Source: Promethearchaeia archaeon
GTDB lineage: Archaea; Asgardarchaeota; Lokiarchaeia; Sigyniarchaeales; SOKP01
Length of the DNA stretch: 64,000 bases
Direction of reading: 5' to 3'
Assembly (NCBI GenBank): GCA_029856155.1
Contig: JAHQWL010000088.1
Coordinates: 1-64,000, forward strand
This document shows, piece after piece, positions 39,902 to 49,928 of this stretch. A program made the position numbers and the translations under genes. Each line of letters begins with the position of its first letter. Positions within the stretch are counted from its first letter, which is position 1. Under the pieces are notes generated by a model that was not told the DNA's origin, ran no database searches, and saw nothing but the letters and a program-made list of their open reading frames with translations.

Positions 39902-40203
39902 TTATATTTAGGATTAAGAGAGGAATCGATTGACCAAAGAAAGCCAAATTAGAAAAGGAATTAAAAGTTGAGGAAGGGATTTTTAGGTTAATAAAACAAC
40001 CTCAGCAAATTACTGAAGAAGAAGTCTCGATTTCTAAAGAAAAGAAAATTTGCCTTGTATATAAAGGAAAAGTTTTTGGGCTGAATTTTATTTGTCCTCA
40101 ATGTGAGGCTTTTTACTGTGCAAAATGTTCTGAAGCATTAAATAATTTAGAAAATGCGTGTTGGACTTTAATTTTCACAGGGATTTCTGCTTATCTTATA
40201 TAA
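39902..40203 (+). pseudogene. C-terminal remnant of a membrane protein with a Cys-rich Zn-finger tail
   Basis: YLGLREE, then a frameshift to EGIFRLIKQPQQITEEEVSISKEKKICLVYKGK...ICPQCEAFYCAKC...ENACW; no start or N-terminus. Confidence 0.65.
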
Positions 40204-40376
40204 AGACGATATAATGGAATAGCCTAAAAAAAATCAACTATTTTACTTGTTTTAGCTACTTCTAACAAATTTTTCTTTATATTCTTTATTTATATGATAT
40301 TTATAAATTGTAGTGTTTTATCTTTTTTGGGATATTTATCAGTATTTTAACTGTGCCTGAACAAGCTATCAAAACT

Positions 40377-40628
40377 ATGGATAAGAACCAAGATTTGATA
40401 ACTAATTGTGGTTTTGAACTTATAAAACAATTGAACTGGCCTGAGGATTGCTGGTGGACTGAATATTATAGCCTATTGGAAAAAAAAGTCAAGGAGATCC
40501 GTGAATAAAAAGAAAATCCAGATATTTTCAAAAATATTAGCGTCATCGAGGCAGAAATTAGGCGGGTAAAGACCAATCCGAAGAATAGCGATTGTGCGCA
40601 TTATATTTTACAAAAAAAAGGAGATTAA
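40377..40628 (+). pseudogene. C-terminal remnant of a class I SAM-dependent methyltransferase-like gene
   Basis: ITNCGFELIKQLNWPEDCWWTEYYSLLEKK with an in-frame TAA, ending HYILQKKGD; no SAM-binding N-terminus. Confidence 0.55.
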
Positions 40629-40714
40629 TTTATAAAAGGTAAAAAAGATGAATCGGATAAATGTAGTAGGGGCAAGACTTCATAATTTAAAGGATTTAAA
40701 TGTGGAATTTTCAA

Positions 40715-42040
40715 TTATTCTAAATATTTATTTTTTTCTACTTCTTCCTTTGACTTTTTCAATTCCAATTCATCAATTTCATTTTTAAATTCATCATAGA
40801 AATCAAAAAATTCAGAAGGGTCTGAATATGGAGTTTTAATTAATTCATTTAAAACATTTTCATATTCATCTTCGTTTTCAAAAATATTTTTAAAATTATT
40901 CTCAATCTGTTTTGGCAATTCATGATATTTAGCTGATAATGTCATAAGCTGGTTTTTATTTTTAATATTCTGATATGGAATAATTGAGAAGTATTTATTT
41001 ATAAACTCATAAGCTGATTTATACTCGTTCATATCTATACAAGATTTTTCGAGAAGACTTTTAAATTTATTTTCAAAATCATTTGTAAAATTATTAACAC
41101 AATCTCTTAATAATTTGGATGCTTTAGATGCAAGTAAACAAACAGTTATATATTCATATCTGGTCACAAGAAGAATTCCTTCATTTAGATTTATATCAAG
41201 GATCCCTCCTACATGCATTACTTCCTCACTCATTATCTCAATGGCATTAAGAAACCCTGAAAAAACAGTTTCGGTTATATTCATATCTGTCCAGTCATGA
41301 TCATATAGAGGATTACCTTTATTATCTCTTACCGCGATTCTATAAACAATATAAGGTAAAACGTAGAGAATTTTAATATCTTTTATGATAACTATTGTTA
41401 TTATTAATATACCAATCAAATTTGATAGATAGACGAAAATGTTAAAAATCGGATTAATATTATTGAGTAGATGAAATATAGAACCTCCAACAAATATTAT
41501 AGTTCCTGTAAAACATAATAAAGATTTTTTTTTATAATAAAAAGGGCTACTTGACCACGTTTTAATCCCCCAGAAAAATAAATAAGTAAGAAATACTGAA
41601 TAAAAGATAATAAATGCAATATTAAAGAGTCCATTAGGTACATATTTTTCAAATCCCATTTCTATTACAAGCTTGACAGCGTTAGGTTGGGTTCCCAAAA
41701 AAATAAGTAAAAAACCCAAACAACAGGATAAAATAAGACCAAAAGTATAATATGACTCTTTTAACATATTATTAAAAAATAGAATAAAAAAGAATGTAAA
41801 TGGGAATACAAGCATAATATGAATACGAGCAAAAGCTCCATTTTCAAAAATAATAGAAATAATATTTGTTAAAAAATATAAGCCCAAAAACCATGATGTT
41901 AGTCTTAAATAAAATAACAGTGGAAATCTTTTCGTAACCTTAGATACCTGTATTGCGATCGTTATTATTAGAAAGATTACCGTCATGGAAATTAAAGAAG
42001 CAAACTCTAAAATAATAAATAAGTTCATAATGATCCCCAT
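40715..42040 (-). CDS. About seven-TM membrane protein with cytoplasmic longin/roadblock-like domain
   Basis: About seven hydrophobic segments, then RIAVRDNKGNPLY...VFSGFLNAIEIMSEE...FTNDFENKF. Confidence 0.75.
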   Translation of the reverse strand: MGIIMNLFIILEFASLISMTVIFLIITIAIQVSKVTKRFPLLFYLRLTSWFLGLYFLTNIISIIFENGAFARIHIMLVFPFTFFFILFFNNMLKESYYTFGLILSCCLGFLLIFLGTQPNAVKLVIEMGFEKYVPNGLFNIAFIIFYSVFLTYLFFWGIKTWSSSPFYYKKKSLLCFTGTIIFVGGSIFHLLNNINPIFNIFVYLSNLIGILIITIVIIKDIKILYVLPYIVYRIAVRDNKGNPLYDHDWTDMNITETVFSGFLNAIEIMSEEVMHVGGILDINLNEGILLVTRYEYITVCLLASKASKLLRDCVNNFTNDFENKFKSLLEKSCIDMNEYKSAYEFINKYFSIIPYQNIKNKNQLMTLSAKYHELPKQIENNFKNIFENEDEYENVLNELIKTPYSDPSEFFDFYDEFKNEIDELELKKSKEEVEKNKYLE

Positions 42041-42071
42041 TTTTATATATATATTAATTTAATTTACCTTA

Positions 42072-42773
42072 TCAAATTATATCTTTTTTAAAATTTTCTA
42101 AAAGAAATTCTTTCATTCTCTGTGAAATACAAATCTCTTTTGTGGATTCATCTTTATAGATTAAAATTTGATGTTCCATTAATATTTTTAATCGATAATT
42201 AACATTTTCTCTCTTAAAGTTAATCTTCTTATAAACATGTGGTTTTTTAATCTTTTTATAGTCCATAAATAGTTGAATAATGTTTCTATTAAGTTCATCT
42301 TTCATAAAAAAACACAATTTTCCAAAATCATCTTCTATATCCAAAGGAAGAAATAAAGAATAATTTCCAACTTTAATTTTTTTTATATATTTAAATTTAA
42401 GTAGCATCTTTAAATGCCAAAGTAATTGTCCTGCACTTCCAGAATGATCTGTAAAAACCTTCTCCCTTATATAAGAGAATGTTGCACCATTAAGACTATC
42501 TATCACATGATAAATCTTTTTCCTATATAGATTCAATAATATCGTGTCTCTTGTATGTTTTGAACCATCAATAAGTATTTTATTATTATTTAAAAATTGT
42601 ATGATCTCCAATATATCTCCTGTAGAAATGCCCAAAGATCTAACAGCTATATTATAGAGTTTTTTTACTTTCACAATCTTATTATTTTTGATTAATTCTT
42701 TAGCAATTTCTATTATTTTTTGAACATTAGGATTTTCTAACGATAGTGGCCCAACGACATTTTTAAATTTCAT
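42072..42773 (-). CDS. Winged-helix transcriptional regulator (multi-wHTH)
   Basis: RKKIYHVI...GATFSYIRE...GQLLWHLKMLL and a second HTH RENVNYRLKIL; divergent from the ABC operon. Confidence 0.75.
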   Translation of the reverse strand: MKFKNVVGPLSLENPNVQKIIEIAKELIKNNKIVKVKKLYNIAVRSLGISTGDILEIIQFLNNNKILIDGSKHTRDTILLNLYRKKIYHVIDSLNGATFSYIREKVFTDHSGSAGQLLWHLKMLLKFKYIKKIKVGNYSLFLPLDIEDDFGKLCFFMKDELNRNIIQLFMDYKKIKKPHVYKKINFKRENVNYRLKILMEHQILIYKDESTKEICISQRMKEFLLENFKKDII

Positions 42774-42983
42774 TTTTAAGAATAATACCTAATAAATAAT
42801 CTAAATTTTGAAAGTAGACAAAATTGAGAAGGTTTCCCAATTTTGATTATATCTTCTAACACTTTAAAAATTTTTGGAAAATGTTAGTCCTTATATCCTT
42901 TAATAACGCTAAAAATATTTCTTAATATCTAAAAAAAAATTAGTATCAATTTTTATAGACAACAAAAAAGAGATGATATAAAA

Positions 42984-44339
42984 ATGGAACCTAAAAAACA
43001 AACAATAATTTTTGTTTTAATTGCCGTAATATCTACCGCTGCAATTGTTGCAGGAGTAACTTATGTTATTTTGGCTCCCACTCCAGAAGGAGAAGTGGAC
43101 GCACTCGAGATATACCACTGGTGGACATCGGGAGGGGAAGCAGCAGCAATTACAGCGCTTGTAGATGAGTTCATAGCACTACATCCCGATACAACTGTTC
43201 AACAGGTCCAAATTGCTGGAGGAGGAGGTTTTGAAATGAGAGTAAAGATAAAAACATTGATGCTTGCAGGACAACCTCCAGATACTTTCCAAATTCATAA
43301 TGGTTATGAGTGGAAAATATTTTATGATGCCGGCTTGTTAAATAATATAGATCCTATCTGGACAACAGCGTTAAAAGCTGCAGTTCCTGATGTTGTAGAA
43401 GATATAAGTAAAGGACCTGATGGCCATTACTACGCTGTCCCTGTTAACATTCATAGAAGTAATGTATTATGGTTTAATTATGAAATACTTAATGATACTG
43501 GAATAGATCCCGCAACACTTACTACTTGGCCAGCTTTTTGGGCTGCATGTGATGCTATAATAGCCAATCCAAACTATACCATTACGGCACCAGTCGCAAT
43601 GGGAGAGCAATGGACTGCTGCACATGCTTTTGAACAAGTTCTTGCTAGTGTAGGTATTGATACCTATGAAGCATGGATAAATGGAGAAATTGATAGTACT
43701 TCAGCAACCCATTACGCTGATTTAGTCACTGCCTGTGAAATCTATAAAACCCTTACAACTTATATTAATTCTGATTGGGCTGGAAAATCATGGGATAGTG
43801 CTATAGCTAAATTGCTTGCCGCAACACCAACTGCTGCGTTTGCAATTATGGGTGATTGGGCAAACGGAGAATTCTTCCAAGCAGAATGGGATCATGGTGT
43901 TGACTATGGAACTATCGGAGTTCCAGGAACAGGTAATATGTATGGTCTTGTAGTAGATTGTTTTGAAAAACCAAAAAATATTCTTCATCCAACTGCTGTA
44001 GACAACTGGTTAGGAGTGGTTGCTTCAAAAGATGGACAAGATGCCTTTAATCCTCTAAAAGGATCAATATCCGCCCGAACTGATGCAAATATTTCTAAGT
44101 ATGGGGCTTATCAACAATCTGCTATAGCAGACTTTAATACAATTGACGCTTCTCCTACTTCATATATGTTTCCAAGTGTAGTTCATGGTAGTGGTGCTCC
44201 AGAAGCATTTAATACTGATTTTATTCCTTTAATCGGAGCATTAACCTCAGGTACAGCTACCGCCTCTCAAACAGCTACAGCTTTAGCTGCCCTAGCGGCT
44301 ACATATAGCAGTGATTTTATCAAAACATGGAGTTTATAA
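42984..44339 (+). CDS. Sugar (glucose/mannose-type) ABC transporter substrate-binding protein
   Basis: N-terminal anchor, EIYHWWTSGGEAAA, PPDTFQ, VPVNIHRSN, MGDWANGE, FNPLKGSI. Confidence 0.92.
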   Translation: MEPKKQTIIFVLIAVISTAAIVAGVTYVILAPTPEGEVDALEIYHWWTSGGEAAAITALVDEFIALHPDTTVQQVQIAGGGGFEMRVKIKTLMLAGQPPDTFQIHNGYEWKIFYDAGLLNNIDPIWTTALKAAVPDVVEDISKGPDGHYYAVPVNIHRSNVLWFNYEILNDTGIDPATLTTWPAFWAACDAIIANPNYTITAPVAMGEQWTAAHAFEQVLASVGIDTYEAWINGEIDSTSATHYADLVTACEIYKTLTTYINSDWAGKSWDSAIAKLLAATPTAAFAIMGDWANGEFFQAEWDHGVDYGTIGVPGTGNMYGLVVDCFEKPKNILHPTAVDNWLGVVASKDGQDAFNPLKGSISARTDANISKYGAYQQSAIADFNTIDASPTSYMFPSVVHGSGAPEAFNTDFIPLIGALTSGTATASQTATALAALAATYSSDFIKTWSL

Positions 44340-44414
44340 AATAAATTCTAAAACTTTTTTTTTTTATATTATTTAGTAAGATTAAATTTACTCAAAAAAT
44401 AGTAAGGTGTTAAA

Positions 44415-45368
44415 TTGGAACAAATAAGTGAAGAGATAGATAAAATTGAAGATTTTAAAGTTGAAAAAAAGCTTAAATTTTCAAAAGATATAATAAATAA
44501 CATATTTGCTAGAGATAAATTAATTATTCGATTAATTTTCATTACTTGTTGTATTCTTGTAGCATACTTTGTATATTATTTTATAGTATGGAATATTCTT
44601 GTCTCAATGACAGATTGGCAGGGATTAATTCAAACTTATAATTTTGTAGGTTTTGAAAATTATCTCAGAATGCTTGATGATCCAATATTTTGGACTTCTT
44701 TAACAAACAATCTTGTCTTTATGCTTGTATTTATACCGTCCAGTATTGTTATTGGACTCTTCTTAGCAATACTTTTAGATCAAAAAATCAGGAAAGAGAG
44801 TGTCTTTAGGACAATATATTTATTACCTTATGCGCTTTCATTCATTGTTACTGCTTATTTATGGCAATGGATGTTTACTGAAGAGGGTGTTATTAATTTT
44901 ATATTAGATCTATTTGGTCTTGGATTTTTAAAGATGTCTTGGATAAGTGATCCAGATATAGCGCTTTTCAGTGTTTCATTCGCTTTAGTTTGGCAATTTT
45001 CTGGTTACATAATGTTAATTTTTTTAGCAGCAATAAGAACCGTTCCACAATCACATATTATGGCTGCCCAAATAGATGGTGCGTCTGGTTTTAGACTATA
45101 TACACGTGTTATTATCCCACAAATTAAGACATCGACTTTTACAGCTTTTGTTATTCTTATGATATTTTCCTTAAAAGCGTTTGATTTTATATGGATTTTA
45201 ACCGATGGAGGTCCAGGTTGGGCAACTACAATTTTACCAATTACTGTATATAAAGTAGCCTTTAAATCAAATCAATTTGCTTATAGCTCTGCAATTGCAA
45301 CAACATTATTATTAATAGTTATGGTAATTGTAATTCCTTACCTTTATATAACATATAGGAAGAGGTAA
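44415..45368 (+). CDS. Carbohydrate ABC transporter permease
   Basis: FVGFENY, EAA-like MAAQIDGA, LKAFD. Confidence 0.92.
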   Translation: MEQISEEIDKIEDFKVEKKLKFSKDIINNIFARDKLIIRLIFITCCILVAYFVYYFIVWNILVSMTDWQGLIQTYNFVGFENYLRMLDDPIFWTSLTNNLVFMLVFIPSSIVIGLFLAILLDQKIRKESVFRTIYLLPYALSFIVTAYLWQWMFTEEGVINFILDLFGLGFLKMSWISDPDIALFSVSFALVWQFSGYIMLIFLAAIRTVPQSHIMAAQIDGASGFRLYTRVIIPQIKTSTFTAFVILMIFSLKAFDFIWILTDGGPGWATTILPITVYKVAFKSNQFAYSSAIATTLLLIVMVIVIPYLYITYRKR

Positions 45369-45374
45369 TAAGAA

Positions 45375-46292
45375 ATGAGTTCACATGAAGTAAACCAAAC
45401 TGAAACGTTAGACGTAATAGATGATTTAAAATGGGAAAAGATTCACGGTAGTAAAGGATTTAGATTATTAAAAATAAGGCAAATAATAAAAAAAATAATA
45501 CTTTATACTGTTTTAATAGTTGCCTTAATTGTAACGGTAATACCACTTTGGTCCGGTATTATGTCTGCCTTTAAAACTCAAGCAGATTTATCATTAACAT
45601 CACCACTTGCTCCACCTACAATTCCAACATTCGAGCCTTTAATTTATGCTTGGAAGGAATTGCAGCGACCTTTAATAAATTCCGTTCTATTTACTACTCT
45701 AGCAACTATCTTTTCTTGTTTGCTCGGTTCTATATGTGGTTTTGTATTGACTAAATTAAAGTTCAAAGGTTCTAATACTGTATTTCTTCTTATTACTTTA
45801 GGAATTTTCCTTCCATATCAGTCTATTATAATTCCTCTTTTTATTACTATAAGAAATTTGGGAATATATGATACAATGTGGGCTATGATATTAGTACATT
45901 CAGTCTATGGAATTCCTATGACGACACTTCTCTTTAGAAGTTATTATGAATCGATACCAATCAGTATAATAGACGCGGCTAAAACTGATGGGGCGGGAGT
46001 AATGGCGATATATAGAAGGCTTATACTTCCATTATCTCCTTTACCCTTTGTTGTTGCTGGAGTGTTTCAGTTTACTAGTATTTGGAATGATTATCTTTTT
46101 GCTCTGATACTTACAGGGTCAAATTTCGAACCAGCTTCATTTGCCCTTTCAAATATGGCAGGAGGAACTGAAACTGCTTGGAATAATACAATGGCGGGTA
46201 CTTTTTTGTATTCTTTACCTATTTTACTTATTTTTGTTTTGTTAGGTAAATATTTAATGCAAGGATTAATGGCAGGAGCAGTAAAAGGTTAG
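45375..46292 (+). CDS. Carbohydrate ABC transporter permease
   Basis: DAAKTDGA, WNDYL, GLMAGAVKG. Confidence 0.92.
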   Translation: MSSHEVNQTETLDVIDDLKWEKIHGSKGFRLLKIRQIIKKIILYTVLIVALIVTVIPLWSGIMSAFKTQADLSLTSPLAPPTIPTFEPLIYAWKELQRPLINSVLFTTLATIFSCLLGSICGFVLTKLKFKGSNTVFLLITLGIFLPYQSIIIPLFITIRNLGIYDTMWAMILVHSVYGIPMTTLLFRSYYESIPISIIDAAKTDGAGVMAIYRRLILPLSPLPFVVAGVFQFTSIWNDYLFALILTGSNFEPASFALSNMAGGTETAWNNTMAGTFLYSLPILLIFVLLGKYLMQGLMAGAVKG

Positions 46293-46302
46293 AGGTTATA
46301 TT

Positions 46303-47424
46303 ATGCCAAATGTAAAAATAAGAAATTTAGTAAAGAAATATGGAGATATTTATGCACTGGATAAAATAAACTTAGATATAAACGATGGTGAACTATTCAT
46401 ATTACTTGGCCCATCTGGTTGTGGAAAAACAACAACTCTCTTTAGTGTCGCAGGGTTGATTAAACCTGATGAAGGTGAAATATGGTTTGGAGACCATTTG
46501 ATTACTAGTGCTGAGAGGAATTACATTGAAAGACCTCAAGATAGAAATATTGCTATGGTTTTTCAAGACTATGCTATCTACCCTCATTTGACTGTTTTTA
46601 AAAATATTGCCTTCCCATTACAAATTATAAATCTAAGTAGAGATGAAATTAAAAAAAGAGTTTTTGATACAGCAAAAAGTCTTGGAATAGAAGATCTTCT
46701 AGAAAGGAAGCCAAAACAACTTAGTGGTGGCCAACGACAAAGAGTAGCTTTAGCCAGGGCAATTGTTAGGGAGCCTAATGTATTTTTGATGGATGAACCT
46801 CTTTCTAATCTTGATGCTAAATTGAGAGTTTTTGCTAGAGCCGAACTTAAAAGATTGCATAAAAAATTAGGAATTACAATTATTTATGTAACTCACGACC
46901 AGATAGAAGCACTTTCAATGGGAACTACAATTGCGATTTTAAACAAAGGAAAAATTGAACAAGTAGGTAAACCAGATAGTATTTATAACTTTCCTAAAAA
47001 TTTATTTGTTGCGGGGTTCATTGGAAGTCCTCCTATGAATATGTTAGATGGTAGTTTGAAAAAAGATAATGGAAATGCATATCTAGATTTCGGTTTTACA
47101 GAATATAAATTACTAAATGAATTACATCAAATTAATACAGTAAAACATAAGGAAATAGTGTTAGGCATTCGACCAGAAGATGTTCTTATGTCAAAAGAAA
47201 TTGTTAATAATTCCGTTAGAGCAATAATTGATATTATAGAACCAATGGGGAGAGAATTTGAAATACATCTAGATCTAGGGAAAAAAATAATAATTAGTGT
47301 AATGAGAAAAATTGAGAATTTTAGAATTGGTGATGAAGTTTATCTAACTTTTAATGATAAAAAACTCCATTTTTTTGATAAAAAAACGGGAGAAAATATA
47401 TTTACATCAAATTATAATGATTAA
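46303..47424 (+). CDS. Sugar ABC transporter ATP-binding protein (MalK/UgpC family)
   Basis: GPSGCGKTT, LSGGQRQR, LMDEPLSNLDAKLR, YVTHDQ, TOBE tail. Confidence 0.95.
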   Translation: MPNVKIRNLVKKYGDIYALDKINLDINDGELFILLGPSGCGKTTTLFSVAGLIKPDEGEIWFGDHLITSAERNYIERPQDRNIAMVFQDYAIYPHLTVFKNIAFPLQIINLSRDEIKKRVFDTAKSLGIEDLLERKPKQLSGGQRQRVALARAIVREPNVFLMDEPLSNLDAKLRVFARAELKRLHKKLGITIIYVTHDQIEALSMGTTIAILNKGKIEQVGKPDSIYNFPKNLFVAGFIGSPPMNMLDGSLKKDNGNAYLDFGFTEYKLLNELHQINTVKHKEIVLGIRPEDVLMSKEIVNNSVRAIIDIIEPMGREFEIHLDLGKKIIISVMRKIENFRIGDEVYLTFNDKKLHFFDKKTGENIFTSNYND

Positions 47425-47466
47425 TTCCATTGGAACAAAAGATATTATTTTTTATTCCATTCTTGT

Positions 47467-47592
47467 TTATAATGGTTTTGCTAGTATAGCTTTAACTCTA
47501 TGATTTTTAAATTCCCTTGTTGGTACTGGTTTAATTAGACAAATCGTATCTGTCTTTCTCCCTGTTCCACCAATAGCAATGATCTCTCTATC
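47467..47592 (-). pseudogene. 3' remnant of a paralog of the 49151..49735 gene
   Basis: DREIIAIGGTGRKTDTICLIKPVPTREFKNHRVKAILAKPL* versus DDDIICIGGTGRGADTVCLIKPMTTSLFHQLRVKAILAKPL*. Confidence 0.85.
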
Positions 47593-47610
47593 AATAAAAA
47601 GGATATGCAG

Positions 47611-48000
47611 TCACATAGTTATTTCAATTCGATTTTTTTCAGGATCTAATATCGTACTTTCGAAATAACCGTCCCCCGTATATCTTGGACCACCTAAAAT
47701 TTCATAACCATCATTAGCTAACCGAGTAGTCAAAGCAATTACCTTTTCCTTAGATCCTACAGATATAGCTAAATGAATAAAACCTGTAAACTGTTTATAT
47801 GGGTTATTTGAAGATTCTGGAATTGATGGCATTTGCATTAGTTCCAACCTAGTTCCACCATCAAAGGTTAAGAAATATGACGAGAACTAATGTTTACTAT
47901 TGAAGTATAGATCATTTGATTTTGCACCAAAATAAGTTTCATAAAAAATTCTAATCTTTTCCAAGTTCCTAACCCAGATTGCAATATGGTCGATTTTCAA
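47611..48000 (-). pseudogene. VOC/glyoxalase family gene interrupted by an in-frame TAG (47887-47889)
   Basis: TTG start after AGGTG: LKIDHIAIWVRNLEK...NSKH*FSSYFLTFDGGTRLELM...GPRYTGDGYFES..DPEKNRIEIT. Confidence 0.85.
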
Positions 48001-48107
48001 TAGAATTTCACCTTAAATAGTTTTAATTCATTTAGTCTAATCTTCTTCTAAATGCTATCTCTTATTTTCTTTATTATTATTTCTTAAAATTAACGTATAG
48101 TAATTAT

Positions 48108-49100
48108 TTATTCTCCGGGATATTTAAAATGCCATTGAGAACGTAATATGTCCATAGTTTTCATTATTTCTAAAGTTTCATCTAATGGCATGATCTTACT
48201 TTCGATTTTATTGGTATTTAAACATTGCATTACTTCCATTGCTTCATAGTTATAACCGGTTGATTTAAACGGTATCCTAATCGTTTTTTTTGGTTTTCCC
48301 TCTAATTTCAAAATCATTTTCGTTGGATGAAAAAAGTCAGGAATTTCCAGATATCCTTTAATTCCATAGATGAAAGCATCATGTGGCATAATCAGCCTAT
48401 GTGAAGAAGAAAGCATAGCAGTTTGTCCATTTTCATATTCAAATAAATAACAAGATTTTTCATCCACATTTGTTTTTCCAATATATGCGCTACTTTTAAT
48501 TTTCGAAGGAGGTTGTTTATAAATCATTCTCGCAAATGAAATAGGATAGATTCCCAGATCAAGTAATGCACCCCCTCCTAAATCAGGATTGAATGAACGG
48601 GCTTTAGGGTCTAATTCCTTTTTAATTCCAAAGTCAGCCGTAACATGTTGAATTTCTCCTAATAGGCCCTCGTCTACAAATTCATTTAATTTTACGATAC
48701 AAGGTAAAAATCTTGTCCACATAGCTTCCATTAAAAATATATTATTGTTACGGGCTGTGTTAATTAACCCTTCAGCTTGTTTAGCATTCAATGTAATAGG
48801 TTTTTCACAGAGAACTGGTTTTCCGTGATTTAGACAGAGTAATGTATTTTTATAATGGAAATTATGAGTAGTTGCAATATATATAACATCCACAGCGGGA
48901 TTCTTTACCAATTCTTCATAATTATTATATACATTTTTCACACCGAACATTTTACCAAAACTTTCAGCTTTTCCCTCTGTTCTAGAAGCAACACCCTCTA
49001 ATATTGCATCGGGAACTACCTTTAATCCCTCAGCAAACTTATAGGCTATCCTTCCACAACCTAAAATTCCCCATTTTATTATATTACCCATATTATTCAT
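48108..49100 (-). CDS. Gfo/Idh/MocA oxidoreductase (xylose/dihydrodiol dehydrogenase-like)
   Basis: WGILGCGRIA, VLCEKP, MEAMWTRF, GGGALLDLGIY. Confidence 0.92.
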   Translation of the reverse strand: MNNMGNIIKWGILGCGRIAYKFAEGLKVVPDAILEGVASRTEGKAESFGKMFGVKNVYNNYEELVKNPAVDVIYIATTHNFHYKNTLLCLNHGKPVLCEKPITLNAKQAEGLINTARNNNIFLMEAMWTRFLPCIVKLNEFVDEGLLGEIQHVTADFGIKKELDPKARSFNPDLGGGALLDLGIYPISFARMIYKQPPSKIKSSAYIGKTNVDEKSCYLFEYENGQTAMLSSSHRLIMPHDAFIYGIKGYLEIPDFFHPTKMILKLEGKPKKTIRIPFKSTGYNYEAMEVMQCLNTNKIESKIMPLDETLEIMKTMDILRSQWHFKYPGE

Positions 49101-49150
49101 TTATTATTTTAATCGAATTTAATAGTAAAATCTTGTTATTCCCTTTTTGT

Positions 49151-49735
49151 TTATAATGGTTTTGCGAGTATCGCTTTAACTCTTAACTGATGAAATAAAC
49201 TTGTAGTCATGGGTTTTATTAGGCATACTGTATCTGCTCCTCTCCCTGTCCCACCAATACAAATGATATCATCATCAAGATTTGAAATTAGTCCCGCATC
49301 AGCAACCATGGCTGCAATCTCCATACAAACTTTTGTACCCTGACTGAAATTTTCTCGAAGATATTTAGCCATAATCTCTACAGGAGCCCACTGCTTTAAA
49401 GACATCCGAAGGCTTCTTTCTACTGAACCAAATGCGTGTGTCGCGGAAAATACAATTAAACCGTCCTGTCTCAACTCTTTTATTAAATCCTCAGGAAATT
49501 CTTGTCTCTTTTCTGTTCCACCAAAGTAAAATGAGTGGGTAACAATTATCAGTTTATATTTTTTAAGATCAAAGATATCTTTTGCCTTTTGAGCAGTCAT
49601 ACCAGTAGTGCTGGCAATTACAATCTCTTTTATACCAAATTTTTCAGCGTATTTTTTAGCAATTTCTAATGCTTTTTCAGTGTTCTGAGGCCCCCCATTT
49701 TCAAAATAAGTAACTTCAATATTTAAATCTGGCAT
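49151..49735 (-). CDS. Pyruvate-kinase C-terminal-like domain protein (COG1751/MTH1675 family)
   Basis: YFENGGPQNTE, IVIASTTG, QGTKVCMEI, DAG, GGTGRGADT. Confidence 0.85.
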   Translation of the reverse strand: MPDLNIEVTYFENGGPQNTEKALEIAKKYAEKFGIKEIVIASTTGMTAQKAKDIFDLKKYKLIIVTHSFYFGGTEKRQEFPEDLIKELRQDGLIVFSATHAFGSVERSLRMSLKQWAPVEIMAKYLRENFSQGTKVCMEIAAMVADAGLISNLDDDIICIGGTGRGADTVCLIKPMTTSLFHQLRVKAILAKPL

Positions 49736-49928
49736 ATATCATCAAAATTTTTACTTTTAATATTTAAAATATTATTTTTTTATTAGTAAAGAATATGATT
49801 CTAATTAAATGAATATTATTAAGGTCAAGGTTGTTCTTTATAAGTATTGATATAGTTTTAAAAAGATCAAAATCTAAATACATTTAATTACTTTTTAATG
49901 TAAATTTAATAACAAATGTGGATATAAT

